A stretch of DNA of 64,000 nucleotides, taken from positions 3,360,001-3,424,000 of the forward strand of contig CBDBGH010000003.1 of NCBI GenBank assembly GCA_965205265.1, given 5' to 3'. The notes beneath the pieces are model-generated. The model saw only the letters and a program-made list of their open reading frames with translations, did no database searches and was not told the DNA's origin. Shown here one piece after another: positions 42,511-52,581 of the stretch. The DNA is from Alphaproteobacteria bacterium (lineage in GTDB: Bacteria > Pseudomonadota > Alphaproteobacteria > Bin95). The position numbers were made by a program, and so were the translations under genes. Numbering within the stretch: the first letter of the stretch is position 1; each line of letters starts with the position of its first letter.

Positions 42511-44444
42511 GCTTCATGCCCGCTGTGGCCGCCGGCAGCGAGGAAGCGGGCAAGGAGGAGCGCATCGAACCCGATCTTGTCTGCGCGCCCATCCGTCCCG
42601 CTGTCCTGCTCGTCGGCAGGCGCGTGCGCACGCTGCAACACGCGCCTGACGAGATCGACCATGTTTTCGGTCATTGGTTCTACTTGTGCCTCGTCGTTAT
42701 CGCCCCGCCTCATGGCCAGGCTGTGGCCGATTTCAGCGCGCAGGAAGGCCGGGAGATCGATGTCCGCCGGTATGTCGCCCCAGACGCCGGGACGCCAGGA
42801 GCCCCATCCACAGAGCCTGATCAGCAGTTCGCGGATGCGGTAGAGCAGCGCGGACGACAGGCCCGTTTCCGACATATGGTCTTCGAGGCTTTTCACCAGT
42901 TTTTGGACGAGACCGACAGACGATTCGGTGCGGCCTTCGTCCCGATACCACATCGTGACCCACTGGGAATGGAGGCCCCCGGGCTTGAGGACTCCAACCG
43001 CCAGCGAATCGCGGCCGTTCTCGTCCTTGGCAACATCGTCGAGCAGTCGATGGGCGCCGCGAAGCGCACTGGTGAGCGGATACCGGAAATGTACAAACAT
43101 GACCGCGGCCGAAAGGGTGGCCCCTGCCCTGTCTTCAAAGGTCGAGCGGTAGCAATCGGCCAGTTGCTCCGCGCAGCGCAGCGCGCCGGTGAGCGGCAGC
43201 ATGGCCAGCACATCGTCACCTCCGGCATAGACCGTTTCGCCGCAATGTTCCCTTACAATATTCGGCGCAGCCAACGTGAACTTCGCCAGCGCCCGGCCGA
43301 CATGCTCGCCGCCGGTCTCGCCCACCAGCCGGCCCAGCCGGTCGCCATCGGCAAGAAGCAGGGCGTAGAAAGAGGACGGCCCGAGACGTCGCCCATCCTG
43401 GCTGGCGGAGTGGATCTTCTTCAGTTTGTAGGCAAGGGTGTCTCGCATCTCGTCACCGGCATCGGGCTTGAGCGGACACCGCCGCTCGCTCCCGACCGCT
43501 TCGCGGTGAAACCAGTTGGCGTCGAGCCGATGGAAATCGCCGGCGGCGGAACGGTCCCGATCCGGCCATGGCGACCGGCGTTCGGATAGGACGCCACTCG
43601 GCGCGTACTGCTTGACCAGCCCGGCATATTCACGCGCCAGGTTCGGCACACAGGCTTCCACCTGACGCAGCCACGGCCGGGCGGCGATGTGCACCGTCGA
43701 CGGCCAGCGCGACCGCTCCACATTCCATCCCAGCGCTTCTTCGGCGACCCTTGGAAACAGGCGCTTGACCAGGGCGACGGCGCACAGCCGCTCATTGTCC
43801 CTCAGCTCCAGCGGGCCGACTCGTCCGCGTATATGCGCCCAGAAGCCGTTCTGCGCGCCCTTGTCCGCTGAACGCACATGACCCGAAAGCTCCTGCAGGT
43901 CGTGCATGACCGTGCATTTGTCGCCCGGCTCGGCGGGCGAAACATGGCTCCGCCAGTATTTGCGCCGGGCGAGAAGGCCAGCCTCGGCCCCAGCCTTGGC
44001 CGGGCCGGCGGTCCACACCACTTCCCAGAACGCGCCGGTCTGGCGGTCCCAAATCGCGCGCGTGTCGACGCCGAGGTCACAGGCGTCTTTGACAAACTCC
44101 CCCCACACGGCATCGCAGACCCGCGCCCATGCGCTGCGCAAGGCGGCATCGGCGGCGCGGGCGACCGCCGATGCTTCGGTATCGCCCGTGACATCGACCG
44201 CGAAGCGGTTGGGCAGCGAGCCGATTCCGGGCGGCTCGCCGGTCCTTTCGCCTGCTATCCATGCATAAAGCGCATCGCACTCGACGATCGGCCGAACGAT
44301 GCGGCCGCCGGCCTTCTCCGCGCCGTGCATGGCGTGCCCAGCGAGGAAAGCAAGGAGATACGAACTGCCCCACAGGTCGCGGGTGCGCCGCGACTGCGCG
44401 ACGAAGCCCTGCACCGGGCCGATGGCGATATCGAGACGCTGCAT
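42507..44444 (-). CDS. cas10: Cas10/Cmr2 without HD domain, cyclase motif intact
   Basis: IGPVQGFVAQSRRTRDLWGSSYLL, SLPNRF, LLADGDRLG, VYAGGDDVL. Confidence 0.95.
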   Translation of the reverse strand: MQRLDIAIGPVQGFVAQSRRTRDLWGSSYLLAFLAGHAMHGAEKAGGRIVRPIVECDALYAWIAGERTGEPPGIGSLPNRFAVDVTGDTEASAVARAADAALRSAWARVCDAVWGEFVKDACDLGVDTRAIWDRQTGAFWEVVWTAGPAKAGAEAGLLARRKYWRSHVSPAEPGDKCTVMHDLQELSGHVRSADKGAQNGFWAHIRGRVGPLELRDNERLCAVALVKRLFPRVAEEALGWNVERSRWPSTVHIAARPWLRQVEACVPNLAREYAGLVKQYAPSGVLSERRSPWPDRDRSAAGDFHRLDANWFHREAVGSERRCPLKPDAGDEMRDTLAYKLKKIHSASQDGRRLGPSSFYALLLADGDRLGRLVGETGGEHVGRALAKFTLAAPNIVREHCGETVYAGGDDVLAMLPLTGALRCAEQLADCYRSTFEDRAGATLSAAVMFVHFRYPLTSALRGAHRLLDDVAKDENGRDSLAVGVLKPGGLHSQWVTMWYRDEGRTESSVGLVQKLVKSLEDHMSETGLSSALLYRIRELLIRLCGWGSWRPGVWGDIPADIDLPAFLRAEIGHSLAMRRGDNDEAQVEPMTENMVDLVRRVLQRAHAPADEQDSGTDGRADKIGFDALLLARFLAAGGHSGHEA

Positions 44445-45652
44445 TATGGCCGCACCTCGATGGCCTCGTCGAACCGTTCCTTGCATCGGCTCTCGTCGAG
44501 CAGGCGATCGAGGAAATCGTGGATCGGGCGGTAGAGTTCCTTCGGTTGCGCCAACAGAACCTTCTTTCCGCCGACCGAGACGGCCGTCCCTTGCGGCAGG
44601 AAAAGGGCAGGCAGGAACGACAAGACCGCGACTGGCGCACCGCCGCATTCGTGGATGTGGATGAACAACGGGCTGGCGCGGCGGTCGAGTTTCCATTGCC
44701 AGTCATGATGGGGGCCGACTTGCGCAACTGCCCCTTTCCCGTAATTGTGAGGAAGCCCGAACGCGATGCGCTCAGGGTGTCGGTTTCTTTCGTGCGGGCT
44801 TTTCTTCATCAGGTCGTGATCGAGCCGGAAGTTCTTCTCCGAGTCGATTTGCCCGAGGATCTTCCTGTCCCGCCCCCAGCTTCGATACCGGACGAGTTCC
44901 CGGCCGACCCGGTCGAGCAGCTGCAGCGGCTTTGCATCCTCGCCCGACAGCAGAACATGGCGGGCACCGGACGAGAAAGCCGTGTATTTGGGCAAATCGT
45001 CCGTCTCCCGGTTGCATCGAAGCTGCCCGATCGCCGCCTTCAGATCGTCCGCGGACTCCGGCGCGCTCCAGCATTGCTCGCCGTTCACGAGCAAGGACCG
45101 GAGCGCCAGCGAGCCGTATCCCTTTCGGCTCTTCGCGCCCATGCCGCTGAGGGTGCCGAGGGCGATGAGCGCCTCGCGAAGCAGGGCGATGTCCGCCTCG
45201 CTCAAGCCACGGCAACGAAGTTGAACGGTGAAGTCGAATGGTGCGCGCAGGCAGCCGCGCGTGAGCTGGGCAGCCTTCGTACCGCGCTTCCAGCTGTCGA
45301 ACGCCTCCATGACGCCATAGCCCAGATAGCGCGCGCCGGCACCAACCGTTTCATGGTTGTCGGCGACCACGGTCAGAATATCATCCTTTTTGTATATCGC
45401 CGGCGTCGCTTCAGTCGGCGCGAAGCGCATCAGCACGCGAGACTGACCACCGTCGGCGCTGCCGAAGAGCCTGTCTTCGCGGCGCTGGATGGCCTTGAGG
45501 TCGCCGCCGCAGCGCGGCCATGCCAGCGCCCGCCACCAGAAGCGCAGCGCGCCCTTGAAGCTCGGCAGGCGAAGCTCCGGGCGGGCGCTGTCCGCGCCTG
45601 CGCAGAACAGCGGGGTGACGGCCCGGTATGTCGCCTCAATCGCCGTCGGCAT
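44444..45652 (-). CDS. cmr1: Type III-B Cmr1
   Basis: TPLFCAGAD, SFKGALRFWWRAL, GAKSRKGYG, FGLPH, RRASPL. Confidence 0.93.
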   Translation of the reverse strand: MPTAIEATYRAVTPLFCAGADSARPELRLPSFKGALRFWWRALAWPRCGGDLKAIQRREDRLFGSADGGQSRVLMRFAPTEATPAIYKKDDILTVVADNHETVGAGARYLGYGVMEAFDSWKRGTKAAQLTRGCLRAPFDFTVQLRCRGLSEADIALLREALIALGTLSGMGAKSRKGYGSLALRSLLVNGEQCWSAPESADDLKAAIGQLRCNRETDDLPKYTAFSSGARHVLLSGEDAKPLQLLDRVGRELVRYRSWGRDRKILGQIDSEKNFRLDHDLMKKSPHERNRHPERIAFGLPHNYGKGAVAQVGPHHDWQWKLDRRASPLFIHIHECGGAPVAVLSFLPALFLPQGTAVSVGGKKVLLAQPKELYRPIHDFLDRLLDESRCKERFDEAIEVRP

Positions 45653-47414
45653 AGTCGTCCTTCCCGCCGTCGAGCCAGAACGGCTCTCCGGCTTGCCAGG
45701 GGTCCCTCTCTTGTTCCCCTGCCGGTCGCCGGTCGATCAGCCCAAAACGCCGCACCGGGCAGGCCAGCTTGCGCGCCGCATCGGCGACTGCCTCGGCGGC
45801 AAGGCCCATCAGCGTCGTTCCCCCGGTGACATTGACGACAACCTGACCGGCGCCCACGAAGTGGGGGCGCGCCGCCTCTGCCAGCCGTTCGATCTCCGCC
45901 CGGTCGCCATAGGGGTCGTCCAGGCAGAGCCTCTCCATCGCGCCGCTATATCCGGCGCTGTCCGTCGCTTCCGCGATCCGGCCCGCCGTCTCCTGCGAAC
46001 AGATGACGAGGCACAGGTCGGGCTCCCGGGCGTCCCCGCCGCTTCTGCACGCTTGCAGCGCGCTGAACAGCACGCCCGGACGCAGGCCGATGGGGCTGAC
46101 CAAGATACGCCGGCCCGACTGTTCGCCGAAAAACAATGGGATCGAAGGGCAGCTGCGAAGAGTCTCTGCCCAATACTGTCGGACATGGCGCAGGTTCTTC
46201 CCGATTTCGGGATCGTCGACAATATCCTGTCGACGCATGCCGTGATGGGCGTAACCGTTGCGAAGGTTCCGGAGTTTGCCCCAGTAGTCTCCCAGTTGAC
46301 GCTGGCTGTCGTTCAGGTGCTCCCCAAGCGTCTTGTCCCCGCCGACGACCTCGGTCGCGTCGAGAAGATTGGCGGCGCCGCGCCGCGCGCCGCGATAGTC
46401 GAGCCATTCGTTCACTGGCCCTTGCGCCCACAGGGCCCAGGAGACGGTCCATTCGCTCATCAGGCCGAGCGCGGTAGCAACATGGCCGCGCTCCAGCAAG
46501 TCGTCGATATGCCGGGCCTGCCGTTTCAATTCACACTCGGTCAGGGACAGCTTGCCCTTCCAACCGTTACCGGCAGCCGGTTCAAGAACGAAAGGCGCGA
46601 GAGAACGGTCGATCCGCTCGGCCAGCTCATTGCCCAACGGCAGGCGGCAGTCATCCGAGATGAGCTTGCGCAGGGGTTTCCGGCGCTCACAGACAAGGCC
46701 CGCCTGCCGGCCCAGCTCAAGCGGAAGGCCCGAGAGGTAGGCGTCCGACATTCGCGTAAGATCTTTCGCGATCTTCTTCGCCGACTGCTCCGGCGAAACT
46801 CCGCAAAGAAGGTCGGCCATCGGCCGCGCGCTGCCCGTATCGTGCAGCGCCTGCAGCGCATGGAGCCAGCGAGGCAGTTCCAGAAGACCGCGGAGATCGA
46901 GAAACGGGCTGGGTTCGCTTTCGCGTAGCAGGCCGTAATACGCGCCGCGAACTCGCATGCCCCGCAGCGCGGAGACATACAGCGCGACCAGAAAGGTGAG
47001 GAACGAGAAATGCCGGAAGCCATGGGTCACATCGACGGTAATCTCGGCATTTTCGCCGACGGCGCCAGCGGCCTGAGCCATGAAGGTGTTGACCTCTTCC
47101 GGCGCTCCGCCTCCCCACACCCGAACCAGTTCCGTCCGGCAGCGGTCGCCCAATTTCGTTTGAAGCAACGGCCAGCTGTCGCGTTCCGCTTCCGGCGTGC
47201 ACAACGCCGCGATGCGGTCCGGGCGGTCGGATGGCGCAAGTAGGCCGTAGAGCGCGAGGGGTGCGAGATCTGCCTCAGCCTCGCGGCCTTCGAGACGGTA
47301 GCGCGCGGGTCTTGGCTCCCTGCCGAGCACCGTCAGCAGCACATGTTCCCCCGCTGGCTCGTCGGGCGCGCCGACGACTGCGCGACCGTCGCCAGCATTG
47401 CGGTTGTCATCCAT
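45636..47414 (-). CDS. csx1: Csx1-type CARF-HEPN ribonuclease with an extra C-terminal CARF-like domain
   Basis: DVTHGFRH (DxTHG), RNGYAH (HEPN RxxxxH), C-terminal SPIGLRPG...NVTGGTTLMG. Confidence 0.87.
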   Translation of the reverse strand: MDDNRNAGDGRAVVGAPDEPAGEHVLLTVLGREPRPARYRLEGREAEADLAPLALYGLLAPSDRPDRIAALCTPEAERDSWPLLQTKLGDRCRTELVRVWGGGAPEEVNTFMAQAAGAVGENAEITVDVTHGFRHFSFLTFLVALYVSALRGMRVRGAYYGLLRESEPSPFLDLRGLLELPRWLHALQALHDTGSARPMADLLCGVSPEQSAKKIAKDLTRMSDAYLSGLPLELGRQAGLVCERRKPLRKLISDDCRLPLGNELAERIDRSLAPFVLEPAAGNGWKGKLSLTECELKRQARHIDDLLERGHVATALGLMSEWTVSWALWAQGPVNEWLDYRGARRGAANLLDATEVVGGDKTLGEHLNDSQRQLGDYWGKLRNLRNGYAHHGMRRQDIVDDPEIGKNLRHVRQYWAETLRSCPSIPLFFGEQSGRRILVSPIGLRPGVLFSALQACRSGGDAREPDLCLVICSQETAGRIAEATDSAGYSGAMERLCLDDPYGDRAEIERLAEAARPHFVGAGQVVVNVTGGTTLMGLAAEAVADAARKLACPVRRFGLIDRRPAGEQERDPWQAGEPFWLDGGKDDYADGD

Positions 47415-47749
47415 TACATGATCTCCTCGGGCGGGTTGCGGACTCGCCGCACGTGAGGCAGCGAACAGGCCGCCGTCCTTGTGCAGCGCTAGCCTGCGCA
47501 AACGAAACCGTCCGGGCACTCAAAATTTCCATCTTGAAGTCCAATTTCTGCAGCCTTGCCGCTTCTGCAAATAGTCAGACGGCCTGATGCCTTTCAACTG
47601 CCTACAATACCATAAACCTGCAACGGATTGTCGGCGCTGCCCTCGCTGAAGCTTGGCAGCCGATTGGCTCGCGCCAAACTGCGCTGCTTAACCAAGGGCG
47701 GTCTATCCGGCTTCTTTGCGAAGGGGCGGTAATAGAGGTAGCCGGCTTC

Positions 47750-49519
47750 ATGAAAGACTTCGACCGAAACGAGGGCGGTCCGATGACGCACGTACAGCTG
47801 GAACTCCATCTTCCCGCGCCGTCGGCGACCGGCGCCGACCCTCTGGTTCCGGCGCGGATGGTGAACGAGTTCGTCTACTGCCCGCGCCTTGCCTATCTCA
47901 TGTGGGGGCAGGCCGAATGGGCGGAGACCGGTGACACTGTGGACGGCCGGCGGGTCCACACCCGGGTAGACCGGCCGAGCAAGCCGCTGCCCGATCCCGA
48001 AGCCCTGGAGGCCGACAATGCCAAGGCGGTCAGCCGCTCCCTGACTCTCTCGTCCGAAAGGCTCGGTGTGATCGCGAAGATCGACATCGCCGAGGCCGGG
48101 GACGGCGTGGTCACGCCGGTCGACTACAAGCGCGGCAAGCGGCCCCATGTGGCCAGGGGCGCCTACGAGCCGGAACGAGTCCAGGTCTGCCTTCAGGCGC
48201 TGCTGCTCGAAGAGCATGGCTACCGGGTCGAGGAGGGCGCCATCTGGTATGCCGAAAGCCGCGAGCACGTGCGGATCGTCCTCGACGACGAGCTCCGCCT
48301 CGCCGCGCGGGAGGCGGTCAGCCGGCTGCGCCTGACGGTCGCCCACGAGCGCATCCCGCCACCCTTGAGGGACAGCCCGAAATGTCCGCGCTGTGCGCTC
48401 GTGTCCATTTGCCTGCCGGACGAAATGCGTGCGCTCGGGGGCTCCGACCTCGCGCCCCGCCCCATCGCCGTCGGGGCGGACGAGGCCCTGCCGCTGATCG
48501 TCCAGTCGCAGAGAGCGCGGGTCTCGAAGGAAGGCGAAACGCTCAAGGTCGCCGACGAGGAGCAGGGCGATACCACCGTGCGGTTGAACGACGTGTCCGA
48601 CGTGGCTCTGTTCGGGAACGTCTCGATCACCACGCCCGCGCTTGCCGTTCTCATGGATCGCGAAATCCCGGTCGCCTTCCACAGCCACGGCGGCTGGTTC
48701 CGCGGCATCGCCCACGGAGTAGGCCACCGGAATGTAGAGGTCCGCACGGCCCAGTATCGGCGCAGCTTCGACCCGACTTATTGCCTGGGCTTCGCCCGAG
48801 ATCTGGTTGCCGCCAAGATCGTGAACCAGCGGACCATCGTGCGCAGAAACTGGCGCGGTGATCGTGACCAGCGTAAGGTCGTGCTCGACCGGCTCAACGC
48901 CGCGCGGCGGTCAACGAAGGCTGCACCCTCGACAGGCGTATTGCTGGGCCTGGAAGGAGATTCGGCCGCGACATACTTTCGGGCGTTTTCTGAACTGCTC
49001 GCACCCCCTGGCGGTGGAAAATCGCCGGACGCCGCCGAAGGCTTGGCGCCGTTCCGCTTCGACGCCCGCAACCGGCGTCCTCCGACCGATCCCGTAAACG
49101 CCATGCTGTCGCTCGCCTACGCCATGCTGACGCGCCACCTGACCGTCGCGCTCGCCACGGTCGGGCTCGATCCGTATCGGGGCTTCTTCCATGCGCCACG
49201 CTACGGGAAGCCCGCGCTGGCGCTGGACATCATGGAGCCGTTTCGGCCGATCGTCGCGGACTCCGTGGTCCTGTCGGTGGTCAACACCGGCGAAGTCTCG
49301 CCGGGGGATTTTGTGAGCGCTTCCACCGGCACCTCCCTCACACCGGCCGGACGCCGCCGTTTCGTCGGCGCGTTCGAACGGCGGCTCTCCCAGGAGACCA
49401 CGCACCCGCTGTTCGGCTACCGGCTCAGCATGCGGCGGCTTCTCCTGCTTCAGGCGCGTCTGTTATGCCGCCATCTGCTGGATGAACTGCCCGGCTATCC
49501 GCACTACCTTCCCCGATGA
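47750..49519 (+). CDS. cas1: Cas4-Cas1 fusion (type I-G)
   Basis: YCPR, KID..DYKRG, CPRCALVSIC; LLGLEG, NRRPPTDPVNAMLS, GFFH, LALDIMEPFR; start may be 47783. Confidence 0.96.
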   Translation: MKDFDRNEGGPMTHVQLELHLPAPSATGADPLVPARMVNEFVYCPRLAYLMWGQAEWAETGDTVDGRRVHTRVDRPSKPLPDPEALEADNAKAVSRSLTLSSERLGVIAKIDIAEAGDGVVTPVDYKRGKRPHVARGAYEPERVQVCLQALLLEEHGYRVEEGAIWYAESREHVRIVLDDELRLAAREAVSRLRLTVAHERIPPPLRDSPKCPRCALVSICLPDEMRALGGSDLAPRPIAVGADEALPLIVQSQRARVSKEGETLKVADEEQGDTTVRLNDVSDVALFGNVSITTPALAVLMDREIPVAFHSHGGWFRGIAHGVGHRNVEVRTAQYRRSFDPTYCLGFARDLVAAKIVNQRTIVRRNWRGDRDQRKVVLDRLNAARRSTKAAPSTGVLLGLEGDSAATYFRAFSELLAPPGGGKSPDAAEGLAPFRFDARNRRPPTDPVNAMLSLAYAMLTRHLTVALATVGLDPYRGFFHAPRYGKPALALDIMEPFRPIVADSVVLSVVNTGEVSPGDFVSASTGTSLTPAGRRRFVGAFERRLSQETTHPLFGYRLSMRRLLLLQARLLCRHLLDELPGYPHYLPR

Positions 49520-49539
49520 CCGGCGACCGGCGGCCCGGG

Positions 49540-49833
49540 ATGAGCGACGAGCGCACCTACATCGTCACCTACGACATTTCCGACACGCGACGCTGGCGGC
49601 GCGTTTTCAAGACCATGAACGGCTTCGGGGAATGGCTTCAGCTATCGGTATTCCAGTGCCGCCTGTCGCGTCGTCGTCGCGCCGAGCTGGAAACGAAGCT
49701 GCGCGAACTCATCAAGGCGGGCGAGGACCACGTTCTGGTGATCGACATCGGACCGGCAGACAAGACCGATATCGCCGTCATGAGCATCGGCAAGACCTTT
49801 TCGGCGATCGAACGCCAAGCGGTTATTGTATGA
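49540..49833 (+). CDS. cas2: Cas2
   Basis: YIVTYDISD.RRW, GEWLQLSVFQC. Confidence 0.96.
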   Translation: MSDERTYIVTYDISDTRRWRRVFKTMNGFGEWLQLSVFQCRLSRRRRAELETKLRELIKAGEDHVLVIDIGPADKTDIAVMSIGKTFSAIERQAVIV

Positions 49834-50097
49834 TGGCGCACCCGCTTCAAGGAACGGTGGATCCGATGCCTGACGCCGGAATCAGCCGTAGCCAGTTCCG
49901 CCGGACCGGTTCGAGCGGCGAGGCAACGCAGGAGTACCGGGAGTCGCTCGAAACTGTGCAACATGTTGATAGCCGGGAGATTTCGGGCGTTCGCCGGGGT
50001 ACTCAAGGCGCCAAATGGATGCCTGCGATAAGCAAATCCCGAACCGCTCGAAATCGTCCGGATTTTGCCTTGACGGTCAGGGGGTTGTAAGGTGACA
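49834..50097 (+). promoter_or_regulatory. CRISPR leader with TTCGAGCG/CGCTCGAA motifs and an IHF-consensus site
   Basis: TTCGAGCG 49910, CGCTCGAA 49945 and 50045; 49959-49971 is rc TATCAACATGTTG (WATCAANNNNTTR). Confidence 0.75.
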
Positions 50098-52537
50098 GTA
50101 TCCGGGGCGCGCGCGCCCCGGCCTCATTGAAGCTCACATACTCGCGCTATGCCGTAAACTTGCGCATGGGTATCCGGGGCGCGCGCGCCCCGGCCTCATT
50201 GAAGCCCGTACATATCCCACGACCACCACTGGTTTTTGCCACGTATCCGGGGCGCGCGCGCCCCGGCCTCATTGAAGCATGGTGGGTCGCGCCCATTGCC
50301 GGAACAGCGCTGTAGGTAGTATCCGGGGCGCGCGCGCCCCGGCCTCATTGAAGCCGTTCCCTTTTCTGTTTAGCCTACCATCATCAGGCAGTATCCGGGG
50401 CGCGCGCGCCCCGGCCTCATTGAAGCCGGGAACTTGAAGTCGGTGCGGCGGAAAGTTTTTCCTTGTATCCGGGGCGCGCGCGCCCCGGCCTCATTGAAGC
50501 GTAGTAGTAGTAGCAGTTCATTGACTTTCCTCCTTGTATCCGGGGCGCGCGCGCCCCGGCCTCATTGAAGCAGCCTTCAGCCCACGCTTCGCAAACTTCA
50601 TAGGCGTGTATCCGGGGCGCGCGCGCCCCGGCCTCATTGAAGCTCGCCACCAGTCATCGGCTTCCGGCCCCGGCGCACAGTATCCGGGGCGCGCGCGCCC
50701 CGGCCTCATTGAAGCCCTTCCGGGTCGAGAATAGCTGCGTTTTCACAGTGCAGGTATCCGGGGCGCGCGCGCCCCGGCCTCATTGAAGCCAAAGCCAAGG
50801 CGGCTTGCTCAAAGCATGTCTTGCGCGTATCCGGGGCGCGCGCGCCCCGGCCTCATTGAAGCTTTCGAGGTCACGGTGTGGGCGCCGAAACTCACCACGT
50901 ATCCGGGGCGCGCGCGCCCCGGCCTCATTGAAGCGGGATCAGCCGCGCGTCCGAGTCCTTCCCGGGAGCGGTATCCGGGGCGCGCGCGCCCCGGCCTCAT
51001 TGAAGCGCCACCTTCCGGGGCCGCAACGAGCAGTTCCTCCGCGGTATCCGGGGCGCGCGCGCCCCGGCCTCATTGAAGCCCTTGTACCACTTCATCCTGC
51101 GATCTCCTGCACCTCGTCGTATCCGGGGCGCGCGCGCCCCGGCCTCATTGAAGCTTGTCGAGCTGGCTCTTGGCCTCGGCGTTCTCGGCGCGTATCCGGG
51201 GCGCGCGCGCCCCGGCCTCATTGAAGCCGAAATGCGAGGAGTCTGCTCCGGTTCCCTCCGCACCGTATCCGGGGCGCGCGCGCCCCGGCCTCATTGAAGC
51301 TGTCAGATGGATGTCTACCGGCGCCCCGAGCTTTGAGCGGTATCCGGGGCGCGCGCGCCCCGGCCTCATTGAAGCCCCCGTTGTGGGGATAACTGCCAAT
51401 GTAAGCCAATGAGTATCCGGGGCGCGCGCGCCCCGGCCTCATTGAAGCGACCTCCGCAATGGCCTCATCCAGGGTCGTCGCCTCGTATCCGGGGCGCGCG
51501 CGCCCCGGCCTCATTGAAGCGAAAGAACGATCGAGAAGCCAGCGTGTGGGGCCCAGGTATCCGGGGCGCGCGCGCCCCGGCCTCATTGAAGCGTGAGAGT
51601 CACGCTCCGTCCTGCCAGCTCGGTCAGGAGTATCCGGGGCGCGCGCGCCCCGGCCTCATTGAAGCGTGAGAGTCACGCTCCGTCCTGCCAGCTCGGTCAG
51701 GAGTATCCGGGGCGCGCGCGCCCCGGCCTCATTGAAGCATCTCCCGCACGCTCCGCAGCAACCGCGAGTACGACGCGTATCCGGGGCGCGCGCGCCCCGG
51801 CCTCATTGAAGCTGACGCAAGGGGCGCAGGTGACTCCGATCAATCAGAGTATCCGGGGCGCGCGCGCCCCGGCCTCATTGAAGCACGCCGATGTAGCCAT
51901 GCACCTCGTCAGTGTACGTCTCGGTATCCGGGGCGCGCGCGCCCCGGCCTCATTGAAGCCTTCGAAGTCACGGTGTACGCGCCGAAACTCACCACGGTAT
52001 CCGGGGCGCGCGCGCCCCGGCCTCATTGAAGCCGGCGTGTCCGCAACGCGGCCAATGAGGCCGCATCAACAATATCCGGGGCGCGCGCGCCCCGGCCTCA
52101 TTGAAGCGGCGCCTTTTACGAGTCGCTCTACCTCGGTCCGACGTATCCGGGGCGCGCGCGCCCCGGCCTCATTGAAGCGGCGCCTTTTACGAGTCGCTCT
52201 ACCTCGGTCCGACGTATCCGGGGCGCGCGCGCCCCGGCCTCATTGAAGCGGCGCCTTTTACGAGTCGCTCTACCTCGGTCCGACGTATCCGGGGCGCGCG
52301 CGCCCCGGCCTCATTGAAGCCCGTATCCGGCGCCGTCGCCGTATCCGTATCCGTCGCCGTATCCGGGGCGCGCGGCCCGGCCTCATTGAAGCGTGTTTGT
52401 CATTTCATTCATCCGTTGGTGATCCGGCGGTATCCGGGGCGCGCGCGCCCCGGCCTCATTGAAGCGTGCGCAGCGCCGACACCCCCGCCCCCATCGGCAT
52501 GGTATCCGGGGCTCGCGCGCCCCGGCCTCATTGAAGC
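50098..52537 (+). CRISPR. CRISPR array, 34 repeats / 33 spacers, 36-bp repeat GTATCCGGGGCGCGCGCGCCCCGGCCTCATTGAAGC
   Basis: Repeats counted by eye; spacers 35-40 bp; variant repeats at 52072, 52359 and 52502 mark the trailer end; 3' ATTGAAGC handle. Confidence 0.98.
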
Positions 52538-52581
52538 CCAGGATTTCGGCGAAAAGTTCGGAGCAGAAGGAGGCGGATCTA

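Noticed and set aside
47750-49519. Reverse-transcriptase-Cas1 explaining antisense spacers
   Set aside because: The fused domain is Cas4; no RT motif such as YADD.
50098-52537. Self-targeting spacers within the window
   Set aside because: None spotted by eye; an exhaustive alignment could not be run, so this is not excluded.
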